Origin: Raillietiella orientalis
Taxonomy: Eukaryota
Reading direction: 5' to 3'
Assembly (NCBI GenBank): GCA_036172245.1
Contig: JAYWIR010000001.1
Span: 9,858,001-9,922,000, forward strand
DNA: 64,000 nucleotides
A program made the position numbers and the translations under genes. Within the stretch, counting starts at the first letter, position 1. Every line of letters begins with the position of its first letter. Of this stretch, positions 1 through 10,531 are shown piece by piece. The notes below the pieces were generated by a model that did not search any database, had not been told where the DNA came from, and worked only from the letters and a program-made list of their open reading frames with translations.

Positions 1-187
1 GTCAGGATAATCGAGACTGCAAAGAACGTGGAGAGCACCATAACATATGAAGGGCAGCAATATTGAAAGTCACTAACAATTTTCAATTGCCTCAAACTTG
101 AAATTAGAGCTTTCATTTCATGTATCATCATGTGATTATACAAGTGCTTTGTAGACATTACAATTTATTCTTCAGCGAAGTTGTCAT
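1..187 (-). CDS. Possible 5' end of a membrane-protein gene running off the window (exons 187-162 and 72-1)
   Basis: ATG at 187, GTAATG donor and TTGTTAG acceptor join in phase to give MTTSLKNKFDFQYCCPSYVMVLSTFFAVSIILT, a hydrophobic stretch. No family recognised. Confidence 0.3.
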
Positions 188-1382
188 CAACTCATCTCAG
201 CTGAAGATTTTCACGCTCACGAGCATCTTTGATAAATAGCAGTGATGTCGAAACGCAAAACCAAATTACAAAAGCTCAAAATTTATTATTAATTGAAATT
301 CTTACAAAATTGTCTTGGTCTGGAAAAAAAAGGAAAGGAAAGAAAGAAAAGAGCACTATAATCACAGGAATAATTAAGGGAGCATCAGTTTTCGATAGGA
401 CAGCTTCCTTCAGAGCATAAACAAATCGTGTATCCTGCGTCACGTGTGACCCGTGATTGATAAGTTTTAGGTGCGGGTTCACTGGGCAACAAAAGATGGG
501 TGTAATCGTTTCTAACGAAAACCTATGATCGTTTCTCGAAAAGATTAGATTGGATTAGATTATGGTGGACGGCGGCAAGAAGAAAACTCTGAAACGGGTC
601 ACCCTTGAATTCCGTCGCGGGCCGCAGGGCTCCCATCATCAGATTTCAGTTTGGAGAGACGTTGAATTCGACGGTTGCAGTTGAGGGCTGGCTTTCTTTC
701 TTTCCCTCGCCATGAAACCAGCACAGACAAAGCCCTCACTCGAACAGCAACCTTGCCCGAAAGTCGGCCCCCTGAAACACGGCTGCCACGGGCCGAGGAG
801 ACCGGCCCGTTGCGGAGTTTCGGTGTCAGCATGAGAGAGGATCCTTTCTTCTGACACGAGCACTGTGTGACGCCTGCCGGCAGCGTTGGGTCGGGCGCAG
901 CCGAGTGGTTTTCGGAAACAGGTTGTCAGAACATGTTTGAAGTCCAACTTACTGCATGTGACCCTTCCACAAAATTTTTGACCCTTCCACAACGTGACTA
1001 GATGTAAAAAAGTATAGACTGTCTTTACGTATACGCATTAGATGAAGCTTTATGTATTTGTATATCTTTGTTTTTTCTCGCCAGTGTTCTGCATGTAGTC
1101 TAAAGAGATTTTTAATGTTTTCATTTCATAAGCTGCCTTGTGAACTTAAAATGTTTAAGTGAATTATCCGCAGTTCCCAAGAGGCATTTCCTCTGAGCAA
1201 ACATTCCCGTGGGAAATGGGTATAAGCACGTGAAATATACCTCCTCCGAGTGACGTAGTGTCAAAATCCACTTGCAAGCTAATTCATTTCAACAGCAAAG
1301 TATCAGGTCACATTTGGACACTTGAGATATAAAAGCCAAAATAAATGAAAATACACATACACTACTAGCAGCAGATAAACAA

Positions 1383-2859
1383 ATGGCAGTAAACTTCGCT
1401 GATGTGAAGCTCCCCAAATTGTGCATAAAGTCCTTCAAGCCATGTGAAGATGAGATAGAGGAAATTCAGGAACGGTTCCAACAGTACATTGATGTTATTG
1501 GTCAGAAAAAGTTGCAGAAAAGGTATGCTGACCAGGGGGAACTCTTGAGAATGTTTTGCCATTTGTGTGCATAACTTAAACCCTCTCCAAAAGATGAAAG
1601 CATGCATTCAACTAGTCTTAAGGCACAGTAATCTTTTCATAATCATTTGTGTGCCGTGTTTTCAGAAAAGACTTGATGACAGGAGTTTGGATAGAAGCAA
1701 AAAGAGCAGTGCACCTAACCAAAGTGCGGGGCAACCAGTGGCAACATATGGGCTTTAGTGATCATTTTTTAGGAAAAAAAGAGAAGTTCATTCTTGAGGA
1801 GGAAGCCCTTTTTCTGATGGAAACTGTATGTCTGTATGTAATGGTGAATACAAATCCAAGCTACTTAAGGGAAAACTAGAAGTTCTATGGAATGGATATG
1901 CTTTAAGCATTCAGCATGCTTATCAAATATGGCTAACCAATCCTAGCAGACTGGATGCATACCAAGTGTACTCACATCTTAGCAGACAAGGATACAAACT
2001 CTTAAAATACAAGCTTCCAGAGGCTGCTTCTACTATTGTAAAAGACAAAAGTGATCAGCAGGGTTAGAATGCATTTACCTTCCATTCATTTATCTTATCT
2101 ACATTTAATTAGGAGGGGAGGAGGTTATCTATCAGTATACATATGTAGAAAGCTTAATATGAGAATATCATTGGAAAACGTCTTTTCTGTATCCAAAAGT
2201 CTTAAATTGGTGACACTTTTGGCTTCTTCAGATAGTTGGCCTTGTCTTCATTCCAAAGATGAGAGGGATGTTCTCAGCAAAAATCCACAGGTACCAGACC
2301 ATGCTGCAAAAAATTTTGCGCCATGTGATAAACACCAGGATGTTCATGGAGCAACATCCATCGTTGTGACCTCAGAGTCCAAGAGTGTAGCATCAACTGA
2401 GCAGACTAATGAAACATTGGCATTGCCAAGTACTTTACAACCAATTCTTAGCCAGAATGATTGGGATCTTGAATGTAAGTTTGTCTGGACCATAAGGTTT
2501 CTTTTTCTCCAGGATGCCATAGATAATGCTATGCTTACCAAACTCCAGATTATCTCCTATGGAACACCAGATCCTGCTGAAGGTGTAAGATGCTTTCCAG
2601 ATTATGACATTTTTTTACCTAATACAACAATGAAAAAGGGTTTGTTCCCTCACTTAAGGATGTGTATTTTGAAGTAGGTAGTGCATCTGTTTTATTTTGT
2701 TTCTTTAACCTACTTTACAAAAGGAATAAGGATGACCCCTTACAACAGGCAAGTTCAATGCAGGACAGTCAGGAATCATTGTTAGCATACAATGATGGAG
2801 GTACTGCAGTGTATTTACAAATGTACACTGCTTGCATTATCTCAGAGCCTTTTGGCTAG
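1383..2859 (+). CDS. TSEN54: tRNA-splicing endonuclease subunit Sen54; exons 1383-1522, 1666-1825, 1870-2062, 2232-2474, 2523-2673, 2724-2859 (about 340 aa; true 5' end may lie further upstream)
   Basis: Sen54 N-terminal motifs: GVWIEAKRAVHLTKVRGNQWQHMG, ILEEEALFLMETGKLEV, LSIQHAYQ, YQVYSHLSRQGYKL. All GT-AG joins are phase-consistent. AATAAA near 2894. Confidence 0.85.
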
Positions 2860-2950
2860 TTATTTTCAAGTAGAGATTCCTTTACATAAATTCAATAAAG
2901 TTGTCTGTATCGCTGAATAAGTCTATTTTTTACAAAGAAAGAAAAAAAAA

Positions 2951-3487
2951 TCATCTGGGAGGAAGAGGCATCATGGGCATGCCCATCACATGCCCTGGAT
3001 GTGAAGAAATAGCTACATTGGGTCCCAAAAGGATCTACATAATCTTAGAATATGAAATCCCTAGCCCCTATGATACCTGGCGATGCTGCTGTCTTTGCAT
3101 CTCTTCTGTCTGTGCACGCTCCACTTCAAAAACAACTGGTGCAAATAACACTGTACTAGTGGAGAAAATAATCCATGCTGCTGAACAACTAAAGTTGTAA
3201 AGTGTTTTCAACAGAGATATTGAACCAGTCATAAGGTTCCATGTGTGGTTGCGCACTGATGCTGGAAACATTTCATTCAAAGCCACAATGCGTTCAAACA
3301 AGGTTTCATCCTCCTGTACCGTACATGCTTATTAATTACAAGAAAAATAAAACATGTGCACCTCTTCATCCTCCAGACTGAATGGTGAGGCAACAGCAAC
3401 AGAAGTTTTCTCATCTGTGATTGCTACCTTCAGTGCATCTGTATTATCAGAAGCCACCGCGTTATCTTTTTCTTCTACTTTTTCCAT
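2951..3487 (-). CDS. TOMM22: Mitochondrial import receptor subunit TOM22; exons 3487-3362, 3313-3077, 3034-2951 (148 aa)
   Basis: Acidic N-terminus followed by EDETLFERIVALNEMFP, AAWIIFSTSTVLFAPVVFEVERAQ and RQILLGP, the TOM22 signature. Introns of 48 and 42 nt are GT-AG. Confidence 0.93.
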
Positions 3488-6400
3488 CAATGTGACTATA
3501 ACAAAACTAAGTTTACATTTTCATTAAGAATTTTTTGATTCAAGTCATTCGATTAATGAATTTAAAGATGAATGTAAATCAATGAATAATACGTTGATAT
3601 TGCGTTGGGACTACTTGAAATGTTATTCAAACAAATGATCACAATCTAAACTTGCGCTTTCCCTAACTCTTCCCTATCCCCGTCCCCCTCCCCCGCTTTT
3701 TTTTTTTTACGATTTTCGCCCACGAGCACGTGGATTTCGCTTCTTAATGAAAGCGCGTACATTTCGAGAACTGGCACACAAACAAACGCAAGTAGCAAAT
3801 CAAAAAATTACATACACCGAATTTTAAAAGTCCAATAAATAACGTGACTAGCCTGCCTCGCAAAAATTAATTCACATGAAATAAAGCAATGAAATGAAAC
3901 AAAGTATGAAAACCAATCATGTCAATACACCTTTCTTTCTTTCGAAGCGGCTGAGTTTTCTTCAATATTACACTCTTGACTCATGCGTAAATCTCTCTAA
4001 AAATATCAACAAGCAACTGCATTGAGAACCTTGACTTTTTCACATTTGTTATAGAGCGCAACCAGGAGAGCAAAGTTGCAGGACAGCAGCAGCCTTGCGA
4101 CCCAAGGATTTGGAAGCGCCTTCAGAGGTCTCAGGCTTTTATTTTTGTTTTCAACATATTCATGAATTTGTATTTCTCTTCAACATGCTTTATAAAAGCT
4201 TTTAGGAAATCACTTTACTTTTCACATGTGGGTAGCTTTTCTCTCCAAAAATTGCATTCTTTTAGCGTTTTCTTTTGCTCACAGAGAGAGAAACCATTAG
4301 GTAACAGATTTTTTTAAAAGAAACTGATCATCCGATACAACAAAAAATTGTCTTTCACAAAGTGACTGTGAAACCCATAAGATATTCGTGAATATTGCAT
4401 TTAAATGCTTCAATATCTCTGTTAAGTATTAATCGTATTGCCTATTTTGCATATGCTACAAAACTCTTGATGTGTTCATATATTGCATAATTTTTGTAAA
4501 TAAAAAAAGAAATGTGGAACAGATTTCATAGATCGGTAAAGTACACGAGAACTTGTTTATGACGTGAAGAGATTGACACTGATGAGAACTCATAAAGGAG
4601 GATCCAGTTTTGGGGTCAGATGTTTTAGCAAATGCTACCATTTTTCTGAAAACAAGATTACAAGTGAGAAATGACTGCCCACTTCGAGTATCTTGAAAGA
4701 CCAAGAAGAAATCCATCATCACGAGTCACACAACTATGCGGATGCTGAGCATGGTATCATGTCCCTTAAAATTTTTAAACGACGTGTACTGATGCATGTG
4801 TCATATACGGATCATACCTAGCATATGATTGCGCAAATGGGTAGTGCGCATTATATAGACACATACACAAGTATATAGTAAAAGCACATTTGTGTGATTA
4901 GGGTCGTAGGCATTATCTGTATGGAACATGAAGGACATACAAATAGTTATGTATCTTCTGTGTATTGCCATTTTATCTCGTATACGTGGCTGACCTGAGT
5001 GGCAGTTAAGCTCTGGAATAGAAATTAGGAACAGTATATTCTGTTGTTGACAGTTTGCTAAGAGATTCGAGGTGGAGTAAACGTGGAAGATGTTTCACTG
5101 TTTCAAAAAGAGCAAATGTTTTCAGGAACCTTTATAACAGAACTGGAGCAACTTGTTAGAGAGGGAGAGAAGAAAAGGCTTGGGATGGTTTCTTGCCACA
5201 TGAAGATTCGGTGCAGTATCAGAAATCTTCTGATATTCCAAACGCTGCCTCAGTTAGTGCTTTCGTGGCTCCTCCTTTCTTGTCAATTCCTCTGGCATTC
5301 GTTGAAGAAATTGGGTTGTTCCTTCTTTTGTTTTCTTTTCTTCCTTTCTTTCTACTCTTACAGTTATCGACCAAGTCGATACTTCAAAAAGAATAAACTC
5401 AGTATTTTAAAAGAATGTTTCTCCAGTCTGTTTCTTCTTTCCTGACTCAGTTATTTCTCTCCGGAACATGCGTTTTGTGCCTCTCTCACGTCCTTCTTGC
5501 CATCACGCAGACCGCGACCACCAGCTGAAAGACTCGCGCGACGTCACACGTACTGCATCTCTGTCCCGCCGCCGCCGTCGCTGCTGCTGTGCCATCAAGA
5601 GAACGTGAACAGATAGGCAGACACAGTGTACAGCAGCCGAAATTCACTTAAACGAATTCACGTGCACCTGGAGAGGTCACAGCTTGTCCTTCTAGTTCTT
5701 TCCTTCCCCCCTCCCCCTCCTTATTCCTCCCATCCCCAGAGTTCGATTTCCGCGTTTTCGGCGGGAACATAGGGAGGAAGTGGATTTTCACCTTCCAGAG
5801 AGGTCAGAAGGCTGCTTTCGGGGATGGAGGATCAGGACCGGGATTTCCAGCTTCTCCGCGGTTGTCATGTCAGAGCGGGAAGTGCCCGCTGGCGGGACTC
5901 AGGCGATGCCGCGGAGGCGCTCAGCAAAGGGACCGCCGCTACACCGCCTACTGAAGAGGGGGAAAGCGGCAGTAGCTCGCACGCGAGTTTGAGGCCACCC
6001 TCAAGAACTTCTGAGTGGCCGTCCGCATGACGACCCCAAGCGCCCGGAAAGGGAAGCGCGCCCGGCGACTCTTGGGCGAGCCCAATGGGAGGGAGGGACT
6101 TGTGCAAGAAGTTCTGCTTTTTCCTTCTTCTTTCGTTTTTTTTTTTTTTTTGTGTCTTTGTGCAGAGCCACCGCGTTGCCTCGGGTGATGCCGTCAGTGC
6201 GCGGGGAGCCGCAGCCCTCCTCAACGTCCAAGGGAAGAGCAGCCTCCCTGCTTCCGCGTCTTGCTTTTGTCCCCCCTCCTCCCCTCCCTTTTTTTGTTGA
6301 GACCCTAGAAGAGGCACCCCGATAGGGGGGACAGGCGGCACCCCTTGCTAGGGAGCGCGCGGCATCCAGGTGGTCCGCCTTGAGAGGGTGGACCTGCGGA

Positions 6401-7148
6401 ACACCTCTCTCAGATGGTGAGAAGGACTCGACCGCCTCGCTGCGAAGAGGATCAGGAGGTCCGGCGAGGACCACGGCCCTCTGAGGATGGCGGGAGTGAG
6501 GAGGGCAGCCTCGGCTCTTCCGCGTCCTCGCATCCGCATCTGGAAGCGCATAAGAGGACGGCTCAAGGACGGTTCGGAAGAACACGGAAGCGCGTCCCCC
6601 TCCCCCTTCCCCTGCGCTCTTCGTTGGAGGGGGGTGAGGGGGAGGGACTTCCGGGTGGCGACATATTTTCAGGGGAGCCTGAATCGAAGGATCACTGCTG
6701 ACCAGCCGCCTGCCAGCGGGAACCGCACACAGACCCGGCGACGGCGATCGATCTGGTCCCCCAGGATGATTCTGGAAGTGCGCGGTCTTCACGCGTCTTC
6801 GGGGAGGACCACCCTGAACCGATCTCCTCTGTCGCTGCTGCTGGCGAGGGGTGCAGAGGCGGAAGCGTCACCGAGGCAACGCGAGGCGTCAAGGGCGTGC
6901 CCTTTGCTTTCGTTTTCCCTCCTGCACTCGAAACGCGCACGCCTGCACGCCAGAACACGTGTATGTGTGTTTGCCCTGCACGTGTGCGTGCGCGAGTGTC
7001 CGGAGGAGGAGGCCTGGCTGGGAAGAGGCTCCGCACCGTCCACCGGCCACTCACCCCCTTTCCCTTCAGGGAAGGAAGGAACAGAGAGAAGTCTCCACGG
7101 ACGGGTGGACTGGGACGCGTGCACAGCCTGCTCGCGGTGAGGCGGTAC

Positions 7149-7178
7149 GGAGGAGGAGGAGGAGGAGGAGGAGGAGGA
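7149..7178 (+). repeat. (GGA)10 microsatellite
   Basis: Ten perfect GGA units read directly. Confidence 0.9.
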
Positions 7179-7689
7179 AGAGGGGAGAACGGAGGATCTC
7201 GCGCGGAGCCAGGTGTTCGCGATGGAACGGGTCGGGCGGAGAACGAAGACTGCAGAGGAGGGGGGAAGAAGAGGCTTCCCGGGGGGAACGGCAAACGACA
7301 CACTCAGCAGCACTGACTGTTTTCCAGCGGTCCGTGGGCCGGGAGGCGCCACTTCCGAGCGGGAGAAGCGGAGGGCAGCAAGCGCGTTGATGATGATGAT
7401 GGGGAGGAGGAGGAGGAGGAAAGGAAGAGGATGAGGGGGGGGGGAAAGGGAAAAGCAGAGAAAGCGCACATGAGAAAGAGCCCCTGGCTCCTGATGCCCG
7501 CCCAACATCTTTCAAGGACGGGAGCACTCGTTCGTGAGGGCACCCTGCTTTCGCAGCCTTCCCTCTCCTCCCGGATGTTCGCCCCGCCGCAGCACCCTCT
7601 TTCCCCCCGCCTCCCCTCCCGGTCTTACTGTCGCCAGCGTCAGGGGCGCCATCCCCGTGCTCGCCTTCTTCAGCGGACGTTGGTCCTCT

Positions 7690-7695
7690 TTTATT
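7690..7695 (-). promoter_or_regulatory. AATAAA polyadenylation signal just after the asnA stop codon
   Basis: TTTATT on the + strand, 5 nt beyond the TGA at 7701-7703, in otherwise GC-rich DNA. Confidence 0.5.
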
Positions 7696-7700
7696 TGCCC

Positions 7701-8711
7701 TCACAGCACGATGATTCCCTGGGCGTGGCACTGCTCCAGGATGTGCGCGGGCCACACGCTGCACTGGACCTCCCCGATGAAGCGCTTCTCCAGAAGGTAC
7801 ATGGCGACCCTGGACTGCCCGATGCCGCCGCCCGCCGTGTAAGGCAGTTGTTTGTCCAGGACGAGCCGGTGGTACTGGAGGTCGCTGCGGTGGAGGCAGC
7901 TGCCTTTGGTGAGCTGCTCGCTCAGGGCGTTCTCGTCCACGCGGATGCCGAAGCTGGACAGCTCCAGGGAGCGCTGTAGGGGCTCGTGCCACACCAGCAG
8001 GTCTCCGTTCATGCTCCAGTCATCGTAGTCCGGGCTGCGGGTGTCATGGGGCTGTCCGCTGGCCAGGACGTCCCCGATCTGCGTGATGCAGACCGTCCCG
8101 TGGCGCTTCGCGATGGCGTCCTCGCGCGCCTTGGGGTCCAGGTCGGAGTACATGCTCTCCAGCTCCTGCGTGGTGACGAAGTGCACCTCCCTCCGGTGCT
8201 TGGGCTGCAGCGCCGGGAACCTGCCTGTCACCTCCTCCTCCGTGTCCTTCAGTGCGTCCGAGATCCTCTGCACGAAGATGTGCAGTTCCTCCATGGTGCG
8301 CTCCTCTTTGGTGATGACGTACTCCCAGTCCCACTGGTCCACGTAGTTGGAGTGCGTCCAGTCGCAGCCCTCGTCCTTGCGGATGGCAGCCAGGTCCACA
8401 AGGATACCCTCGTGCTCGCGGAAGGAGTGGTCGTACAGGAACTTCCGCTTCCACTTGGCCAGGGAGTGCGGGATCTCCACCTCCATGCCGTCCGTGACGG
8501 AGAAGCGCACCGGCTGCTCTACGCTGCTCAGGTCATCGTTGAGCCCGGACTTGGACGGGATGAACAGCGGGGCCTGGGCCTTCACCAGGTTCAGTTGCTC
8601 CCTCAGGTGGACCTCGAAGCGGGACTTCAGGAAGGCCACCGCCTCCAGGGTCTCGAAGAAGTCCAGCTTGGACTTGTAGTCCTGCTTGTGGGAGGCTGCA
8701 AGAGCATCCAT
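7701..8711 (-). CDS. asnA: Aspartate-ammonia ligase (asparagine synthetase A), bacterial type, intronless, 336 aa
   Basis: Complete AsnA motif set: SGLNDDLSSVEQPVRF, HSLAKWKR, AIRKDE, HSNYVDQWDWE, HDTRSPDYDDW, NGDLLVW, ELSSFGIRVD, LPYTAGGGIGQSR, IGEVQCSVWP. The Met at 8711 matches the normal AsnA start. Confidence 0.96.
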   Translation of the reverse strand: MDALAASHKQDYKSKLDFFETLEAVAFLKSRFEVHLREQLNLVKAQAPLFIPSKSGLNDDLSSVEQPVRFSVTDGMEVEIPHSLAKWKRKFLYDHSFREHEGILVDLAAIRKDEGCDWTHSNYVDQWDWEYVITKEERTMEELHIFVQRISDALKDTEEEVTGRFPALQPKHRREVHFVTTQELESMYSDLDPKAREDAIAKRHGTVCITQIGDVLASGQPHDTRSPDYDDWSMNGDLLVWHEPLQRSLELSSFGIRVDENALSEQLTKGSCLHRSDLQYHRLVLDKQLPYTAGGGIGQSRVAMYLLEKRFIGEVQCSVWPAHILEQCHAQGIIVL

Positions 8712-9767
8712 CTCGGACGGACGTGCTCGCGCGGAATGCCTCCCGCCCCGAGGTGAAGGCGGCAGCCTCGAAGGCTGCCGCCCCTGCGCCTGCGCAGCGG
8801 GGGCGCCGTCGGGACCCCGCGCGCACGCGCACGCGAGGATGGGAAGGAGGGGGAAACGCGCGCCGCGTCCCCGCGGAGGTCCTCCCCTCGGGAAGGCAGG
8901 ACACGGTGCCCCCGTCCTCGAGTCTGGAGAGGAACGGGGGAAGCTCTTGCCTCTCCCGAAGCCGCAAGCCGTTTCCAACGCTCCACCAGCTTTCATCCCT
9001 CCTCCCTTGCATCATCTCCCCTGTCCGGAAGGCGGGACTCTGCCCCCTCACCCAGCAGAGAGCACAGTGGCCCGACCCCCTCCGGCGGGGGTCGGGCCAA
9101 CCCCAGAGCACGCGGGGGGGCTCCTGCGTACTCCTCACGTAAACGTTTCCCTCTCCCCCCTCCCTCTTGCTCATCGCGTCCTCAAAGTGCATTTCATTAA
9201 GAAAGAACCGGCGTGTTCGCGGGCGAGGGAGGTTAGCAGCGGCGGCAGGGAGAAACACGAGATGGGGCCAGAAAGACGAAAACGATGGGGGAGGGGAGGG
9301 GGGTCGGAACAAGAAGGCAAGCAGCAGCATCTGCTGCCCCAGAGGCGTGCATGCGGCTAACGTGCTCGACGCCTGCCGTGTCATTAGCACGCCGCGTGAT
9401 AGGGGGGAGGAGGAGCAGCAAGTTTCTCTGTCTCCAGACGGCAGTAGCGACATGATCCGGGATCGGTGGCGCGGGCGGGGGGAAGAGGAGGAGGAAGAGG
9501 GGAAGAGGAGGAGGAAGAGGGGGGGGGGGCAAAAGCCTAGGGACCACGAAAATAAGGGTGCGTGGGTGCGTGCTCACGCCACGTAAGCCCCGTTCTGTAA
9601 CCGTTGGCGTGCGCCGCCACGAAGGGCGGTCGCCACACGGACGGCGTTCGCATCTGTCTTTGCTCGGACCAATCGCGGCTCCCCGGGGGGAAGCACGCGG
9701 CAAGCGTTCCGCCTGCGGGCTCTCCCACGCGGCGTCCGGGGACTTTCCTCGGGTGGGGGGGGGCAGC

Positions 9768-10531
9768 ATGGCCCGAGTATCGCGGTTAACCCGTACGTAC
9801 TCTGTGCGTGCACCCGAATGCGAACCCTGCGTGAGCACAGCCACGGGTACGGAGCGCTTCCGCCGGCCGCCTATATGTGCCCCGCTTCCGCTCCCTCCGC
9901 GTAGCTACTTTCCTTTCGCTCGTGGTAAGCAGCCGCCGAGGCGCCTGAGCACGCTGGCGCCGGCTGTTCCGCGCCAGCACCAGATACCAAACTTTGTGCT
10001 CATTAGCGTTTCCCATGTCGGGACCTCGGGAGGGGAGAATCCCGCTGTTCCCGAGCCGCCGGGGCATCCGCGTGCTCGCGACGCGCGCACGAGCCCGAGA
10101 GCGTCGAGTGGAGTCCTCTGCACGCACGCCGATTAAGGTCGAAGCAAGCGAGCGTTCCCCAACTTGACTTTCGAATGCGACATGTGCTCCCCTGAGTGTG
10201 CGTAAGAGGTATTGTAAGAGGTGCCATAAACGCAAGTTTTATGATCTGTTTTTTTTCTTTTCTTTTCTTGCATTCACGCCTACGGCATAGGTGTAAGTGC
10301 TCACCCGAGTACCACTATGAAAACAACAGTATTCCACGAGACGTTTATGGTTTCAAAAAAGTGCCTTGATCCAATTTTTCAATCATCCCAGGATATACAG
10401 ATGCTCCGAAAGTCCACAGCAAGCCCCCAGTTCTGGATCCAAGGTTCCCCTGGAGGGCAGCTTGTGGAACTCGGGATTGCTGCACCACGGAGCCTTTCCC
10501 GCAATGGCTGAAGAACGATACTCGAGTCTGA
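9768..10531 (+). CDS. Candidate small secreted Cys-rich prepropeptide; exons about 9905-9924, 9978/9984-10071, 10138-10201, 10291-10349, 10392-10531 (5' end uncertain)
   Basis: Phase-consistent splicing removes in-frame stops and gives a hydrophobic leader (ATFLSLV-IPNFVLISVSHVG), RRSKR, then AFPNLTFECDMCSPECACKCSPEYHYENNSIPRDVYGYTDAPKVHSKPPVLDPRFPWRAACGTRDCCTTEPFPQWLKNDTRV*. An AT-rich 3' region with AATAAA follows. Confidence 0.55.

Noticed and set aside
8712-8996. 95-aa N-terminal extension of AsnA in the ORF track
   Set aside because: Low-complexity G/P/R/A sequence typical of open GC-rich DNA; AsnA similarity begins at Met 8711.
5500-9700. A larger bacterial insert or operon around asnA
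   Set aside because: The flanks contain microsatellites, homopolymer runs and no other recognisable bacterial genes.
10138-10531. Naming the Cys-rich peptide as trissin
   Set aside because: Only the ends resemble trissin; two extra Cys, a long insertion and no FNY ending.
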